Positions 35,861-49,003 of a stretch of 64,000 nt of DNA are shown in pieces. Where the stretch lies: positions 298,120-362,119 of the forward strand of contig NMRA01000228.1 of NCBI GenBank assembly GCA_002633005.1, in the 5' to 3' direction. Every line of letters begins with the position of its first letter. Positions within the stretch are counted from its first letter, which is position 1. Origin of the DNA: Phoronis australis (Eukaryota > Animalia > Phoronida). A program made the translations under genes and the position numbers. Under the pieces are notes generated by a model. That model was not told the origin of the DNA, did not search any database, and saw nothing but the letters and a program-made list of their open reading frames with translations.

Positions 35861-36683
35861 GACTTCGAGTGTTGAAACTGAAAAACAGGGCATACTTGAG
35901 TACTTATTTTAGTAGTAGGACTTGAAAACAGAGAATTAGGTTCGTTTTCAATTTTTGGTGTCGGATTTGGATCCCCGTCTTACAGCTAGTTTTACTGTTA
36001 ATTAAAATTAGTGTCCTTTCGCCGGCCAAAAAAATCACATCGTCAAACTAAGCAACTTCGTGAAAAATAAAGCAAATTTGTTGTCCCATTACCAATTCAA
36101 CCGAAGCTAAAACCCGAATACACTGAAGAAACGTGAAAAATGTCAAATTTGAGAAACCTAGCGACTCTTTAGGCATAAAGATCAGTTTTGTGTTTTGTAT
36201 AGTTTCCTCCACAATGTGTTTTTCCCATTTTTATCTATTAGAAGCACTTACCAGTTAATTTCGCATAGGTAATTGGAGTAATTAAGTTATCACGTCATTC
36301 CAACATGAATTTTTATTGAAGAATGTAATTACACCAAATAGCACAAAAGTACAATTAAGATATAGACTTAAAATTTTGGATGAATGCCCGACAAAATCCT
36401 TCAAAGCAAATGTGAAGGACCCTTATTCAAATATCTTTGTCTTTATCCGGTAGTAATTTTTTGAATCATTGGAACTATTTCCCTTTTGGTGTAATTGGTA
36501 CTTTATAATGTCTATCTTTCTGGCTAATTTCGTTTTATGTTATCATTATACCCTGAAATAAGGAAATCTCAAACCCTATTCACAAAAATTGGCCATTTTT
36601 ACAATATTTCACATATGTCTAGCAAAATACCTTATCTTCATTCTCGGGGAACTTCGAATACAAAATATATATATATATATATA

Positions 36684-36980
36684 TGTGTTGTCCATGGTAT
36701 TCAGTGTAAGAATCCCCAGTGCTCAGACAGTTACATACTAGGTGAAACGAAACAGACCATAAAAATGCTTATGTCACAACATCGTCGTCCTAGTTACGGG
36801 GACACTTATGATTCGGCTATTTTTAGCCACCTGTACGCCACTGGACATGATTTCAATATTAGGAAGACTGGTTCAGAAGGGGTGTAAAGGAAGCTCTCCA
36901 TGAGCGCATTGAGAGTCCCTCTTCATAAATAAAAGAGGCGGTTTAAGTTTCGATTTGTCAGACGTATGGGATGTGTTCTG
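36684..36980 (+). mobile_element. Penelope-like retroelement GIY-YIG endonuclease fragment
   Basis: VVHGIQCKNPQCSDSYILGETKQTIKMLMSQHRR...SAIFSHL..TGHDF, followed in shifted frames by EDWFRRGV.EA and GG.....S.VWD; decayed. Confidence 0.75.
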
Positions 36981-38649
36981 ACGTCAATGCCGCGCCGTCT
37001 GGTCAAAACGCCAACATGCCCAGAATAACGATAACGCAACAAGCCAAGCTGAGATGCGGACGCAACGTCGCTAATTTTTGTAAGTTTTTATTCCAGTATT
37101 AGACTCAAACTTTATCGGTACGTTTTAATGATAATTAAGTTAATTACGCACAGCAAATTCAATTGACATTGTTATTGAATGTTGAAATAGCTAATATAGT
37201 AAAGGCATGTAGAGGTTATTTTTACCGAAAACAAGTTTTCACCGAAAGCAGTTTGCAATATATAGGATTACGGGGTATGGGTCTCCAATAAATGCCAGGA
37301 TTCCAAATATGCGGGAAATCTATTATAAAGGCCTCTTTGTATCAAGCATCCGCGAACAAATTGGCCTGGCAGCAGACTGCGACAGACGGGGGCTCGCTGT
37401 CGAGTTCTGTGTGGATGACGAAAACGTAACAACAAATTGTCTTGCCGAATGTATACTTTCAACGGAAGACTATGAAACGACATTTACCCGTGTATGGGGT
37501 TAATCAATAAACGATACGCACCTTGTCTAAGTCTTTCATCTAATCTTCATTAGTACATTATTCATTTATATAATTATTAAATAATTTTATTTTTATATAT
37601 ACATTTATTCAACTATTTAGTAACTGTTTTACTTATTTACTACTGATTGTCTTTCATCGGTTTCATAAGTTTTGTTTCTCATCTTTTTTACGGGCCATTA
37701 TGGAAATAAGTATTTTGACTTTTTATCTTATTCCTGCCTTGCACTTGTACTTTTATTTTTTATCTTGTGTATTTATAATTCTCTTTTATTTCTATGTACT
37801 TGTGTGATTCTAATAAATTTATTATTATTATCATTACCTACGGAGCCAAGTTACTATTGAAAGTTTTCGCGTAAATATTCTTTCCTTAAAAGTATTAGAA
37901 ATATCAATGGCTTTGTTGGACCATGGTTGGACTTGTTTAGGTAGCATGCCTTGGGATAAGGGAAAACCTTCAAAACTAGGCACGTCTCAAACCTAACTGT
38001 TTTTGAAGGTTAATATATGCGTCTTCAAATAAAAGCCCACAAAATATTCTGACTTACTGCCTTGTGATTCAATTGCAAGGTACCGTGGTTAGGTTAGAAA
38101 GCGAATGAAGGAAACACGTTGCTCTATACACTACTAGAGAGGGTTGAACACAAACAGAAGCACATTTAAAGCACGAAAACAATACAGGGGAAAAAACGGG
38201 AATGCATGTACCGCAGACACAAATTGATGGCCCATTAAGTCTGACTCATAGATTTGAGGCATTAGCATTGTAAGCCGTCCCCGGCCGGATTACACAGCGA
38301 ATCTAGCTGTATTTGAATACTCGCTGTATTTACCCACAATGACGCAATATGGTTGTCGCAGAATGGGTTATTGTGTTTTTGCTTCATTAGTTTAGTCATC
38401 GTATTACATCACTTACTGTTGTTTACTACCACTTTCTCTCAGAAGATGAGTAATACTTCCTATTCCTTGAACTGTTTATTTGTCAGCATAGTGCATCCTT
38501 TATTTGTTCATTTATTTCATTAGTTAATTCGTCTTTCTCAGGTCTCTCTCTATATATATCCACTTTCACTACATTTTAAGCAGTATCAGTTGCTTCAGTA
38601 GTATGAGTTGATTAGTAGTTGTTTCCCGCATTGAGAGTTGCTCTCATAA

Positions 38650-39140
38650 TTCGTTGACAGTCTTCAATATACTAGTCAAGATTCACCTCTTGTGTTCTTG
38701 CCTATACGAACCACCTCGTACACAGCCAAACCGCATTTTCCCGTGTACTCCCCACAATGGGGGTTCAGGCACTTTTGTGTTGTGTTACAGGAGTTCCACA
38801 TGTTATGTAACACCTTCCCCAAACAGCTTCTGTAAAATTTAATCAATTTTTGGGAGTGCGACTGCAGCCTAACCGAATCGAACAACGCCACCTTACAGTA
38901 TCTTTGTAATGACGTATGTTCTAAAAGATCGAAATAAACTTGCATGTACTCATCGAGCACCAGTTGTCCTGTCACCCCAGGCCGGTGTCGTACACTGACT
39001 TATTAATAATATTCAGTCTTGGAAACAATTCTTACTGGTTCTTATCTTCAGCTGCGGTTGGTAATCGAACACACTTCCAACGCGTGCGTTCGTTCGAAAG
39101 ACGGAGGTCGGACCAAATACCTTTGTCACGGAAGTGCCGT
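38650..39140 (-). mobile_element. Possible old tRNA-derived SINE
   Basis: Minus-strand B-box-like GTGTTCGATTACC at ~39060-39072 near a GC-richer head; the A-box is poor. Confidence 0.25.
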
Positions 39141-41583
39141 ACAGACATCAATGGTGTTGTAAGTTGAACTCGTCGATCGATGGCGAAATGGTCTGGAACA
39201 AGTGACCGCCTGACGAGCTGCCCAACGCCATCCAGCTGTGCAATCGTAGAAACTCACGAGTGACTCGACTTTTCTGCCAGACTTGTCAGACGCTAAGTCA
39301 AAAGAAAACACCCATTGCCACTGACCTAGCTGGCCCCCACACCTATCTCAACATAACAGGCTATAATACTAATGTGCGTCTGGGCTCAATATAGTGTGCG
39401 CGCGAAGTAACTTACGGTGAATGACTGCAGGATTACGCAATGTCATATACATGCAGTTATCGACTCGGAGCTGAAAGGCTTGAGATGTGAAAAGTACTAA
39501 GCCAACATTGAACTGGAGCACTGAGAAACACTTTGGTGTGCTGACAAAACATTAGATTTTGACTTTGTCAAAATAGACACAAGGGTGACGCCGGTTAATT
39601 CTCGACGGAAGGAGTATTAGAGGGTGTTGCCGAGTATTGGATCCATAAGGATTAGCTGAGCATGATGAGATTGAAATGTTAGTAAATTTCTGTTCCAGTG
39701 TGATCTGCTGAAGCTAGAAACTGGTTCCTTGGCTGAATCGATAAAGTAACGACCACATTAAGGAGACTTATAATGCCTCTTCAACGGAATCGAATGATTG
39801 GTCATTGTCAGTACCACTAGTTTGACCAACGATTACACAAATGACGGAATCAAATCATTGCACATTATGATGAACAATGATTTCCACCCTCAAACACCAT
39901 TCACGAGCGTCAAGTGAAAATATTGTCAAAACGTCATCACTATTAACGTAGCTGACTAAAGCCTTTCGAAATCAGAAATTCCACAAAAACGGCTCAGTGG
40001 ACGGCATCGCCATTCCTTCGAACTTTCAAAAACGTATTTGCGGTACTTGACTCATCATTTCAGTGTTCAGGTCGTGAACGGGAAAAGAATGTACCTCCAA
40101 GCTATCTTTCAGAAACACGTGAACCGACCGCTGTGGTCCATCTACTTGTGATTGTTCGAACAAAACACGTACCTCATTGTTTTTTCTTAGTTAACACCGT
40201 ACGTGTTCAGGTTATTGTAGCACAACCACCTTAATTACTCCGAAATTAGGAACATGAGTGGGCGGCGCACCATATAGGGGGCTGGGGGGGGGGGGGGNGG
40301 GGGGGGGGGGGGGGGAGGACTCATTAGACGGCGTTTTCACGTTGCTCCCATCTTGTTCGATTCTATAGCCAAACAACAAGTTGGGAAGTTTACCCCTGTA
40401 TAGACAATATCTTGCAATACTTAAAAATCCATTCTGGCATTCATGGTTGGAGGGCCAGCAGCTCTTTTGTTCGATAATTGCTCTAACTTCAATAAGACCG
40501 TATCTAGCCTGACTGGGCTGTGCTGTTAAAAATAAAATTAAGTTATAACATATTTGAACATAAACCAATAGGATTTCTGAAATTGTCGTCAAATGGTGGT
40601 TCTTGAATCGCCAAAATCGCCCAACAGCAACCGAAGTTACGACAATCTATTCTTTCGGAATGTAGTGATCAAATCACTTTGGGTTTGATGGTGTCCACAC
40701 GGGGTCTGTAATAAGCCTGGTACGGTAGATATAATTGGCCTGCCTGTTGTCATAACAGACAACAGACTATGCTTGGCAGTTAACATAAAAGCTAGATGTT
40801 GTCACACGTTCAGAACCCCCTACGTCTGGTAAAGTCATTGAACGGGAAAACGCTGTCATATATAGCCCCCCACCGGTGCCCATGGTTTATGCGCGGTGCA
40901 CCACAGGAGGGCTATAGCCTCCCCCCACTTTTTTCAGTGCTGCGCCGCCCATGTAAAAAGAAGACACACTCTAAGAAGAGTAAAAAGCGTCCAATCGATG
41001 AGATGGCGACTGACCCGACGCTCTGCCTGCCCGCGAAATTTAGAGCAATAAAAACTACAGGAACAAGAATCTCTCAGTCACTGCCGCTTAAACTCTCATA
41101 AAAACTGTTATCACACAAAGGTGTTGATTGACGGGCGTGTTATAAAGGAGTTATCAAGCGCTACGATCTGAAAAAACTACATTTTCATATCAGCCCATCG
41201 TACCGTTATTCCACGTTAAAGACTAAGCAGATTGACTATAGGACTTCCTGCTACTGCACTGCGAGAAACCCAGAGGTATATATAGCCAACGCAGCTTTCC
41301 ACTATTCTGTGCTGGTGTTCAAAACAAATGGAAAACGAAATACTGCCCTCGTTCAAATACTTTAATTGCATATCACAAACCTCGATATAATACTAATCCA
41401 CCGTTATCATATCACCTACGTCAGTATATAACATATATGTAGTGTGCTACACATTCAGCTGTTGTCTACGACAGATCGGGGAATAGACAAGCGTTCCTAC
41501 TAGCCTATTCGTACACGACTTGCCGATTGAAACACATGTATAGCATGTACGATTTTGCTCCGATTTTCGACCAACTCAGAAGT

Positions 41584-41637
41584 CACACACACACACACAC
41601 TCACTCACTCACTCACACACACGCACACGCACACACA
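41584..41637. repeat. (CA)n/(CACT)n microsatellite
   Basis: Direct simple repeat. Confidence 0.9.
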
Positions 41638-42767
41638 TGGTGCTAACGTAAACACTACAAAAAACTGGAAAATTTGTCATCTTACTGTCACCCAGTGAGG
41701 ACGCAAATATTTTAAAGCTATAACTTACAGGATGTTTCGTATAAAGATGAGTCAGACGAATAAATTTGCAATACTTTATTTCCAAATACAATTACAATTA
41801 CAAATATATTGAAATTAGAAAAATTCATTTAAAAATAAATTCTTATAGTGCATGACGTGATGAAGCTTCGACATTTCTTGTCATGACCACGAGGTCAAGG
41901 TGCATGGTGCGGATGACCCACCTACAGATCCGTACAAAATATGAACAAAATGTAGTTTCCTTCTTGAGACATACTCTACTAGCATTTCTAAGTAGAAATG
42001 TTAAAGCTACATTTAATCCTTTTTAGCCAGTTAAAATGGCAATTGCAATGCACCGTTTTCAAATTCTTAATTTTAGGGTTAGTGAAGTCTCTGAGGTTCA
42101 TTGTTCTTGTAGCAAAAACAGAATCGTATCACTTCAAGGAATATTATGAAACCAATTTCTCAGAGTAAAAGCTAGATTCTATGTTCACGTGAAAGGGCAA
42201 CATGCAGCTTTAGATTTCTTACATAATTTGAAAACGAGGCCAAGAAAGCCAAATTCGTCTATCGTCTGGATGCTCACCAATACCTCGGTGTATATTAATA
42301 GATTCCTTCCAAAGACATAGTACCAACAACACATTCCAAGTAGAAACGAGTATGACAAAATTTCAGTAATTTAGGACGAAAGATGGTGGAGAAATGAAAC
42401 TTTTATTTTCTCATTTTCAGTAATGGACCTGTGGCACCAAATAAATGGTTTTCTATGTTCAATTTCTGTATCATAACAAGGTTTTGGAAAATTATACACA
42501 ACAATGTTAGAAGCCCTTGAAAAAGATAAAATGGCATGTTGCCAATTTCTTTTGTCTGCAATTAGTGAGATTTTACAGTTTATCCTTTCCAACAAAGCTT
42601 TCTAATTGAAGATAATACATTCAGACTTTTGTATAGTTACAGCCCTTTACCACCAAACCTTCTAAAAATCCTGACACCTGTGCACACTCTCCTTAGCTAT
42701 TTATCCCGTTTATGCCCAGATAAGATTACAATTAAAAACCTTATTTCAATGGGTTCTTCTTGCCCAA

Positions 42768-43168
42768 GTAGCAAACTCCAACAATAGATTAGCCCTGGAA
42801 ACATGAGGCTTCTGAGGTTGTGAAATGCTGCTTTCAGGAGCTCTGAGTTGTGTGAAAAAAAGGTCTAACTGAAGAATCTTACTATTGCCAGTATTGAGGA
42901 AGCAGAATCTAACAACAGAATAGCCCTGGAAACACCAGGCTTGAGGTTGTGAAATACTGGTTTAGGGGTTTAAAAATGCACTGATCACAACAGGGATGTG
43001 TGCAAAAGCTGCAACTGGAGAATCTTACAAATGTCAGTATTAAAGAAGCTGACTCCAACAACAGATTAGCCCAGGGAACACTAGGCTTTTGCGGTTATGA
43101 AATACTGGTTTATGGGGTTCTGTGTTTAAAAATGCACTGATCACTGCAGGGATGTGAGCAAAAGCTGC
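42768..43168. repeat. Diverged ~140-bp tandem repeat, about 3 units
   Basis: CCAACAA.AGATTAGCCC.GG.AACA..AGGCTT...GGTT.TGAAAT.CTG recurs at ~42778, ~42910 and ~43056. Confidence 0.85.
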
Positions 43169-43169
43169 T

Positions 43170-43583
43170 GTCGTCATCTATTGTCGACATCATGCAGAAT
43201 TTAGTAAAGATCCTGCCAACGGTTTAGGAGATACACCCATGGATGCAAAAAGAGACAAAACTGCCACTAGGAGAGGCGCCACAGTAGACGAAATTGTCAG
43301 AAAATCATCGGCAGCCTTCGTCTTCCAAATAAAACATACATGCCAATTTCCACAATCATCTTTAGAGCGATTTGGTTGATAGAGGGGTGGACGCCAAAAA
43401 ACAGATCACCGAAATCATATGGCTCCTGAAGATGCCTCACATACACCTCGGTAAAAAAATATGAACAAAATCAAAATTTTCCTTCTTGAGATATGTCTTC
43501 AGCAACACTGCGACATGCAGACAGACGGTCGTGAATATTAGGCCCCCCCGTTTCGCGCTAATGCGCAGAGTGGGGGACAAAAA
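43170..43583 (+). mobile_element. Partial, diverged copy of the HINE-like repeat with a different 3' end
   Basis: 43170-43405 aligns to 590-832, including CTGCCACTAGGAGAGGCGCC. It ends in CAGACAGACGG, hairpin CCCCCC...GTGGGGGAC and AAAAA. Confidence 0.6.
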
Positions 43584-43983
43584 TTCCTTATTTGAATGCA
43601 AAAATAAGAAAAGCTGAACTACACAATGATGGTTAAATTTACATTTTGAAATGGAGCTATTCTCACAGGCAAAAAGGTAAAAATTAAAATTCCAATGAAA
43701 ATTGCAAATCAAGGAAATTTTGCAGTCACACACAGTCTACCAGAACATGATATTGAACTATATGTAAACAAACACAATGGGGTGTATGATTGTACCAGCA
43801 CCAAAATCAAAAAGCAAAAACAATTTTTTACTAAAATGCTTTTTGTCAGTTGCTTCGAGTATCTTTGAGTGTATAAGATGAACCCTGAGGCAATTCCATC
43901 ACTAGTGATCTTGAAACATTACCCAAGCTGGACACAAGTTAGAAGTTTGTCTTCCTCTGTAAAAAGGGACAACATAATAATGT

Positions 43984-44945
43984 TTAATTATTTATTTATT
44001 ATTGTGATATTTAAAATGAGGGTGGCCTCTTCAGTTATAGCACTGCTTTCCAGGAGGGCCCTCAACAAGAAAAACAGTAATATAATACAATGAAGTAATA
44101 AAACAACAATGAAATATACGTAACAAAGATACAATTAAAGCAGGTAAGGTTAAGAATTAAGACAATAACTAAATGACAAATAATGGTAAAAACTTAACTA
44201 AGACAGATGAAATAAATTAGAGATGACTCTAGACAATGAGAGTATTTACGACAATGAAAAAATGACGTGATTAAGACAGGCAGGGTATAAAAGGTTAAGT
44301 AAATTACAGCCACTTTTTAATATCAACTTTAAAGGTAGTAATTGAATTGGACCGTTTAATTTCTGGGCTAAAAAAATTCCATATTATAGCAGCTGCATAG
44401 ATAAAAGATCTCTTGCCCGTCTCGGTTTAAATTTTTTTAGAAGAAACTTTGCCAGCAACAGAAGAACGTGTAGAATAAACAGCCTGACTGCTATTGAATT
44501 TACTGCTGAGATATGCTGGAGCCAAGCCATTGATACATCTGTATATACAACAGGCAGAGAGATATTTATTTCTTTGTCTTACTTTCATAAATCCCAGCTT
44601 GGAATACAAGTCGTCAACCCTAGTGTCCCTAATTTTAGTACCCAGGATAGCCCTGGCGGCTCTATTTTGGATTACTTGGACTTTGCTGACAAGTGTGTCA
44701 CTAGTGTGCCCCCAAACCGGTAAACAATAATCAATATGAGGCTGAGTAATAGAATGGTAAAGGGTCTTAGAGTACGGACATTAAGAAATTTGCCTAGACG
44801 TTTAAGTACACCGATTTTCTTTGATAATTTCTTTGTGATATGATCTATGTGCATATTAAATTTAAGATTGGGATCTAAAGTAAGGCCCAAGTACTTAAAC
44901 TTGTCAACATTCTCGATGGGAGAACCGTTGAATAATAATGTTGAA
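43984..44945 (-). mobile_element. 5'-truncated L2/CR1-clade LINE (end of RT and 3' UTR)
   Basis: VDKFKYLGLTLDPNLKFNMHIDHITKKLSKKIGVLKRL, PHIDYCLPVWG, VQVIQNRAARAI, GLAPAYL and GKRSFIYAAAIIWN; UTR ends in (TAAA)n; frameshifted. Confidence 0.9.
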
Positions 44946-45154
44946 TGCTACATGTTTCAAAACATTTAAGTGCTCAGTTGTTTAAACTTAAGTCTATCAG
45001 TTATCAATAGTTCTTGGTAAAAGTATTATGAAAAATCTTACAACCAGTGCAGGTACTGAAAACTTCTTATTTCAAAGAACACACATTTCCCTCTCACATA
45101 TTAAGAGCACTATTAACAAAAGACAAAAAGTATCAAAGAATTGACAGCAAAAAG

Positions 45155-48100
45155 TCAGGGCAACATGGCAAACAACGATCGACTATACAGTGAACAAGCC
45201 ATTACAGGCATATAAACACTGAACTGATGTTTTGGTTTAGTGACTCTTGGGTATTGAGTGGCCTTATAACCATTGATTCTTTGAACAGTGAGCAATGATA
45301 CTGCGTCCCACCTTGAATCTGCAGAAGAATGGCTTTGTCGCCATGACGACTATAAAAGATTGTTGTCAAGAAAAAACCTTGGCAACACTAAGATAGAAAG
45401 GAAAGCTAATCAATAAATTTTCTTACCTGGAAACAGTGAGTCTGTGTCATGTAAGCATGCGACTGCCCATTCGCATGACTCTTGGGAGTCTAGCCTAAAA
45501 ACAAGTTAATGAAAATAAGCAAATGAAATTTCAGGACACTAGTTTTATGTAATTAACCTGAAGCTTTTTTAATATTTTGAGATTACGATACCAGTATGTA
45601 TTAACTATTTCATTAAATACCTTTAACTGTCCATTACTGTTTGCCAATCAAAATATAATTACTAAAATGCATTTTCCCCTTCCCTACGTTTAACTTAGTT
45701 TTCACTGTAATTTGATGCAACTCATGTGTTAAAGAAACATGGAAATAAAATTTCATTAGTTCCTCAAAACAGTTATTAATGGCACAGTTCTTAACACAGG
45801 TACAACTCGAGTAACACAGAATTTTCCCACTCTAGAGAACACCTCTGATAAAAATAATTTTCACAATCAAATTTTCTCTGTCTGAAAATCTCTACAAGTA
45901 AAATTTTAACATTCCACGGATTCAAAGAATATGTATGTCCTAGTTGACAACTCTAAGCATTTAGCCAAAAATGTAGAAACTACTTTATACTAACTGTCAT
46001 CAATTGGGTCACATGACCACGTACGTTTTAGTAAAATTTAGCAAAAAGGGAACATTCATAGCAAATCGAAGGTATCAGTAACGTGACGAAACTTCATTTG
46101 GTACAAACGCCCAAGATGAAAACTCAAAATATTGTTGGTGCTTTCTAACTAAATATCTTATTTTCGTTTGATCTAATTTTTGATTTTTTTCATAAAAAGT
46201 CCTATATTTGATAACACCACATGCCAAAGTGGAACATTTAAAAACAATCCTATCAGCGTTTTAGAGAACAGTGCACAAAGCACATTAGCGTGAGTTTCAT
46301 ACGAACCCAATCTGTCATTTCTGAGAGATGACGTTCACGATTTAGCCATAATCCTAAGGTCCTACATGACCTCAAGCGCCATGGTAACCCGGACGAGTAT
46401 AGTACACAATGTTTGTAATATGCCTTCAATTCATTTTCAAGCGATTTTTGACCAACAGGGGATATCTCAAAATACCCAAAATAAGACGTATCACTTTTAA
46501 TTCACTGGGAGACCATTAATTTTTGCAATATTTGCAAGGTTAACTTACTTGACCCTGCAGTTTGTTGATGTTTCACCTCTGTCCAACTCCAAATTCAGCA
46601 CTTGGCCGTATGAGTCCAACAAAGAACGGACATCTTCAGCACCAATGTCTCTTGGCATGTTCTCAATCAAAACAGTATTGACATTGTCACATAGAGCACC
46701 ATTAACAGTAACTGTTGTAGTCATACTTGTCGATGACTCTCTCCGCGGCAGTGCTAAAGTCTGCGTTTCTAAAACTGTTTTTTTCTTCTGTTTTATGGGT
46801 GAGGATAAAACACTGTCTAAGGATGGAAAGTCTGCATCTGTCCACTCAATGGGATTGCTGTGTTTTTTACTTTGGGAGTTGCTTAAGCACTTATTCCCTT
46901 CAAAAACATCGAAGGCTGTGCTAAGATTGCTTTCCCATTTCTGTTGATTCTGACCAGACAACAATGACGCAGATGTTGATGTGCCCGATATGGAATCAGA
47001 ATCCTGTGAAAAGGAGAAAAGATGCAGTGCAGGAGAAGGAAACAACCTATTTCACAAAACAAACAAAATTATCAGTACAAGTCACTATTAACAGTGTAGA
47101 TTCACTAGCACACCATCAGCCAACAACCAACCAATCACTCAACTGATGCACCAAGAAAAAAACGGACCTGTCTGTTCGGACGTCCTTACAATATATCACC
47201 TAAATGACCTTAAGTTCAAGGCCATGCATTTATTTACCCATGTTGATCCAAATTAGCAACTCTAATTACTACAAACATATATCTGATAATGAAGCCGGTT
47301 CTGCAGCTCATAATTCTGTGACAACCAGTATTTTCCTTGAGACAAAGAGTAGATGAGTGTGCTAAAACCATAAAATATTCAGAGTGTTTTTAGAGGCACT
47401 CACAATCATGAGTGAAAAGCCTAATATAAGCATCAATTTTCTGCTCCACATTTACTGTACTTACTGACTGTGATTTTCCAGGACGGGATGCCATGTATTT
47501 CAATGACTTCCCTCTTCCTCGGCCAAAAGGCTTCTTTTTAGGTACGTTCTGAAAACCAGAATACCAGAACAATGAACAATGGCAACAAAAACTAACAAAA
47601 TAACAGCAACGCAAAGCATTGGATTTCCTGAGCACAAATCAAAACTACTTGGTAAATACAAAGCCATATGCAAAGAAAACCTACATGTGAATTGGTTATG
47701 TCGGAAAATCAACTAAGCTCGCCTCAAGGTCAAAAACTTTCATTATGATTCTTCATACAGTTTGGTGGATAGGGAGGCAGGCAACAAAAGCAGACACAAA
47801 AATAAGAAAGGCCATGAAGTGGAGCAGCTGTCAGAAACTGAGCAGGAGTCATCATCTCTTTCATAATACAGTAACTTATTTGTCAAATTTCATGAACATC
47901 CATCATGGAACTAGGCCAATATTGTGGCAAACACAAAGAAAATCAAAATTTCCATTAGGCCATTAGGGAAATCCACTCTAATTGATTGGAACACAGACAC
48001 CTAATTTCATGATGACGAATCAAAAAGATCCAGTCGTTAGACATTGAAACACAGGCAAAAAAAATTGCGACTACAAGGTGTCATAGTACTAGTCATGGTA

Positions 48101-49003
48101 ATCTGAAAATCAATGTCAGCCATACTCTTGAATACAGCTCTAGACAGACTGAAACATAATAAATATGGCCACTGGGTGGTACAGAAAAATTTTGTACATC
48201 CATAAATGGGAAGGCATTGTTGTTTCCTTGACAAAAGCCTATTTTTCCTAAATTTAATGAAAATCTACAAGGCAAACATTAAAAATCAAAATTGTCATTA
48301 GAGGCCACAGTGGTATCCTGTGCCCAGTTGCACGAAACAGTCACAAATAGGGACTCAAGTAAGTTCCTAAATCTACCGCGTATTTGTGGACTAGTGCTGT
48401 TTTAGTTTTGATTACGTCAACTTTTGGCTTTGATACAAATTGAGAGTGAACGCGACATTGAATTCTCAATATCATTTAAAATATAAAGGGAACTTTTTAT
48501 GCAACATCCCTAACTTATGGAGTGAGTCTCTATTTATTTTCATTGAAGTCAAGGCTCAACTTTTAGTTTTATTGTCATTAGTCAAAGAGGAGATCGTAAT
48601 AAAGATGAAGTGATAGAAAAATATTACATGCACTCATAGGCAAGGGATTTAGGGTACTTAGTCGAGTCCCTATTTGGGAGCGTTTCATGCAACCCAGCAC
48701 TGATCTGTCCAAATGTTCACCGACATCCATCGTAACTTTTTCCAAATTTCACAAAGATCCTGCAAGAGGTTTGGGACATGCAGCAGTGGATTTATCTTCA
48801 ATCTGCCAACCACACCACAGTGCTACACCAAAAATACAATTAGCAAATGTCACCTTCTCAATGAGTTCTTGAAGCTGCCTTGGTGGCTTCATTTCATGCA
48901 ACGGTCTTGCTGTTTTCCCACGCCCAAAACAAGGCACCACTGGTATGCAGATGTCTTCAGTAACGTCGACAGTGATCACATCCTCCAGTGGTTGCCAGGT
49001 CAT
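45155..49003 (-). CDS. Uncharacterised multi-exon protein with GRG motifs, Ser-rich linker and C-terminal RRM-like domain; exons 49003-48854, 47548-47465, 47003-46549, 45494-45427 and (tentative) 45318-45155
   Basis: Canonical AG/GT boundaries with compatible phases (0,0,2,1). TVLIENMPRDIGAEDVRSLLDSYGQVLNLEL...CRVKLDSQESCEWAVACLHD fits the RRM beta-alpha-beta-beta-alpha pattern. First and last exons are least certain. Confidence 0.7.
46080..46371 (-). mobile_element. Diverged inverted copy of the left part of the Kolobok-like element
   Basis: The reverse complement aligns to 12568-12674 plus 12921-13070 and lacks the nested MITE. Confidence 0.6.

Noticed and set aside
40259-40953. Poly-G run (possible G-quadruplex) and GGGCGGCGCA ends as another 5-bp-TSD MITE
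   Set aside because: The G-run contains an N and is unreliable; no matching TSD could be found for the ends.
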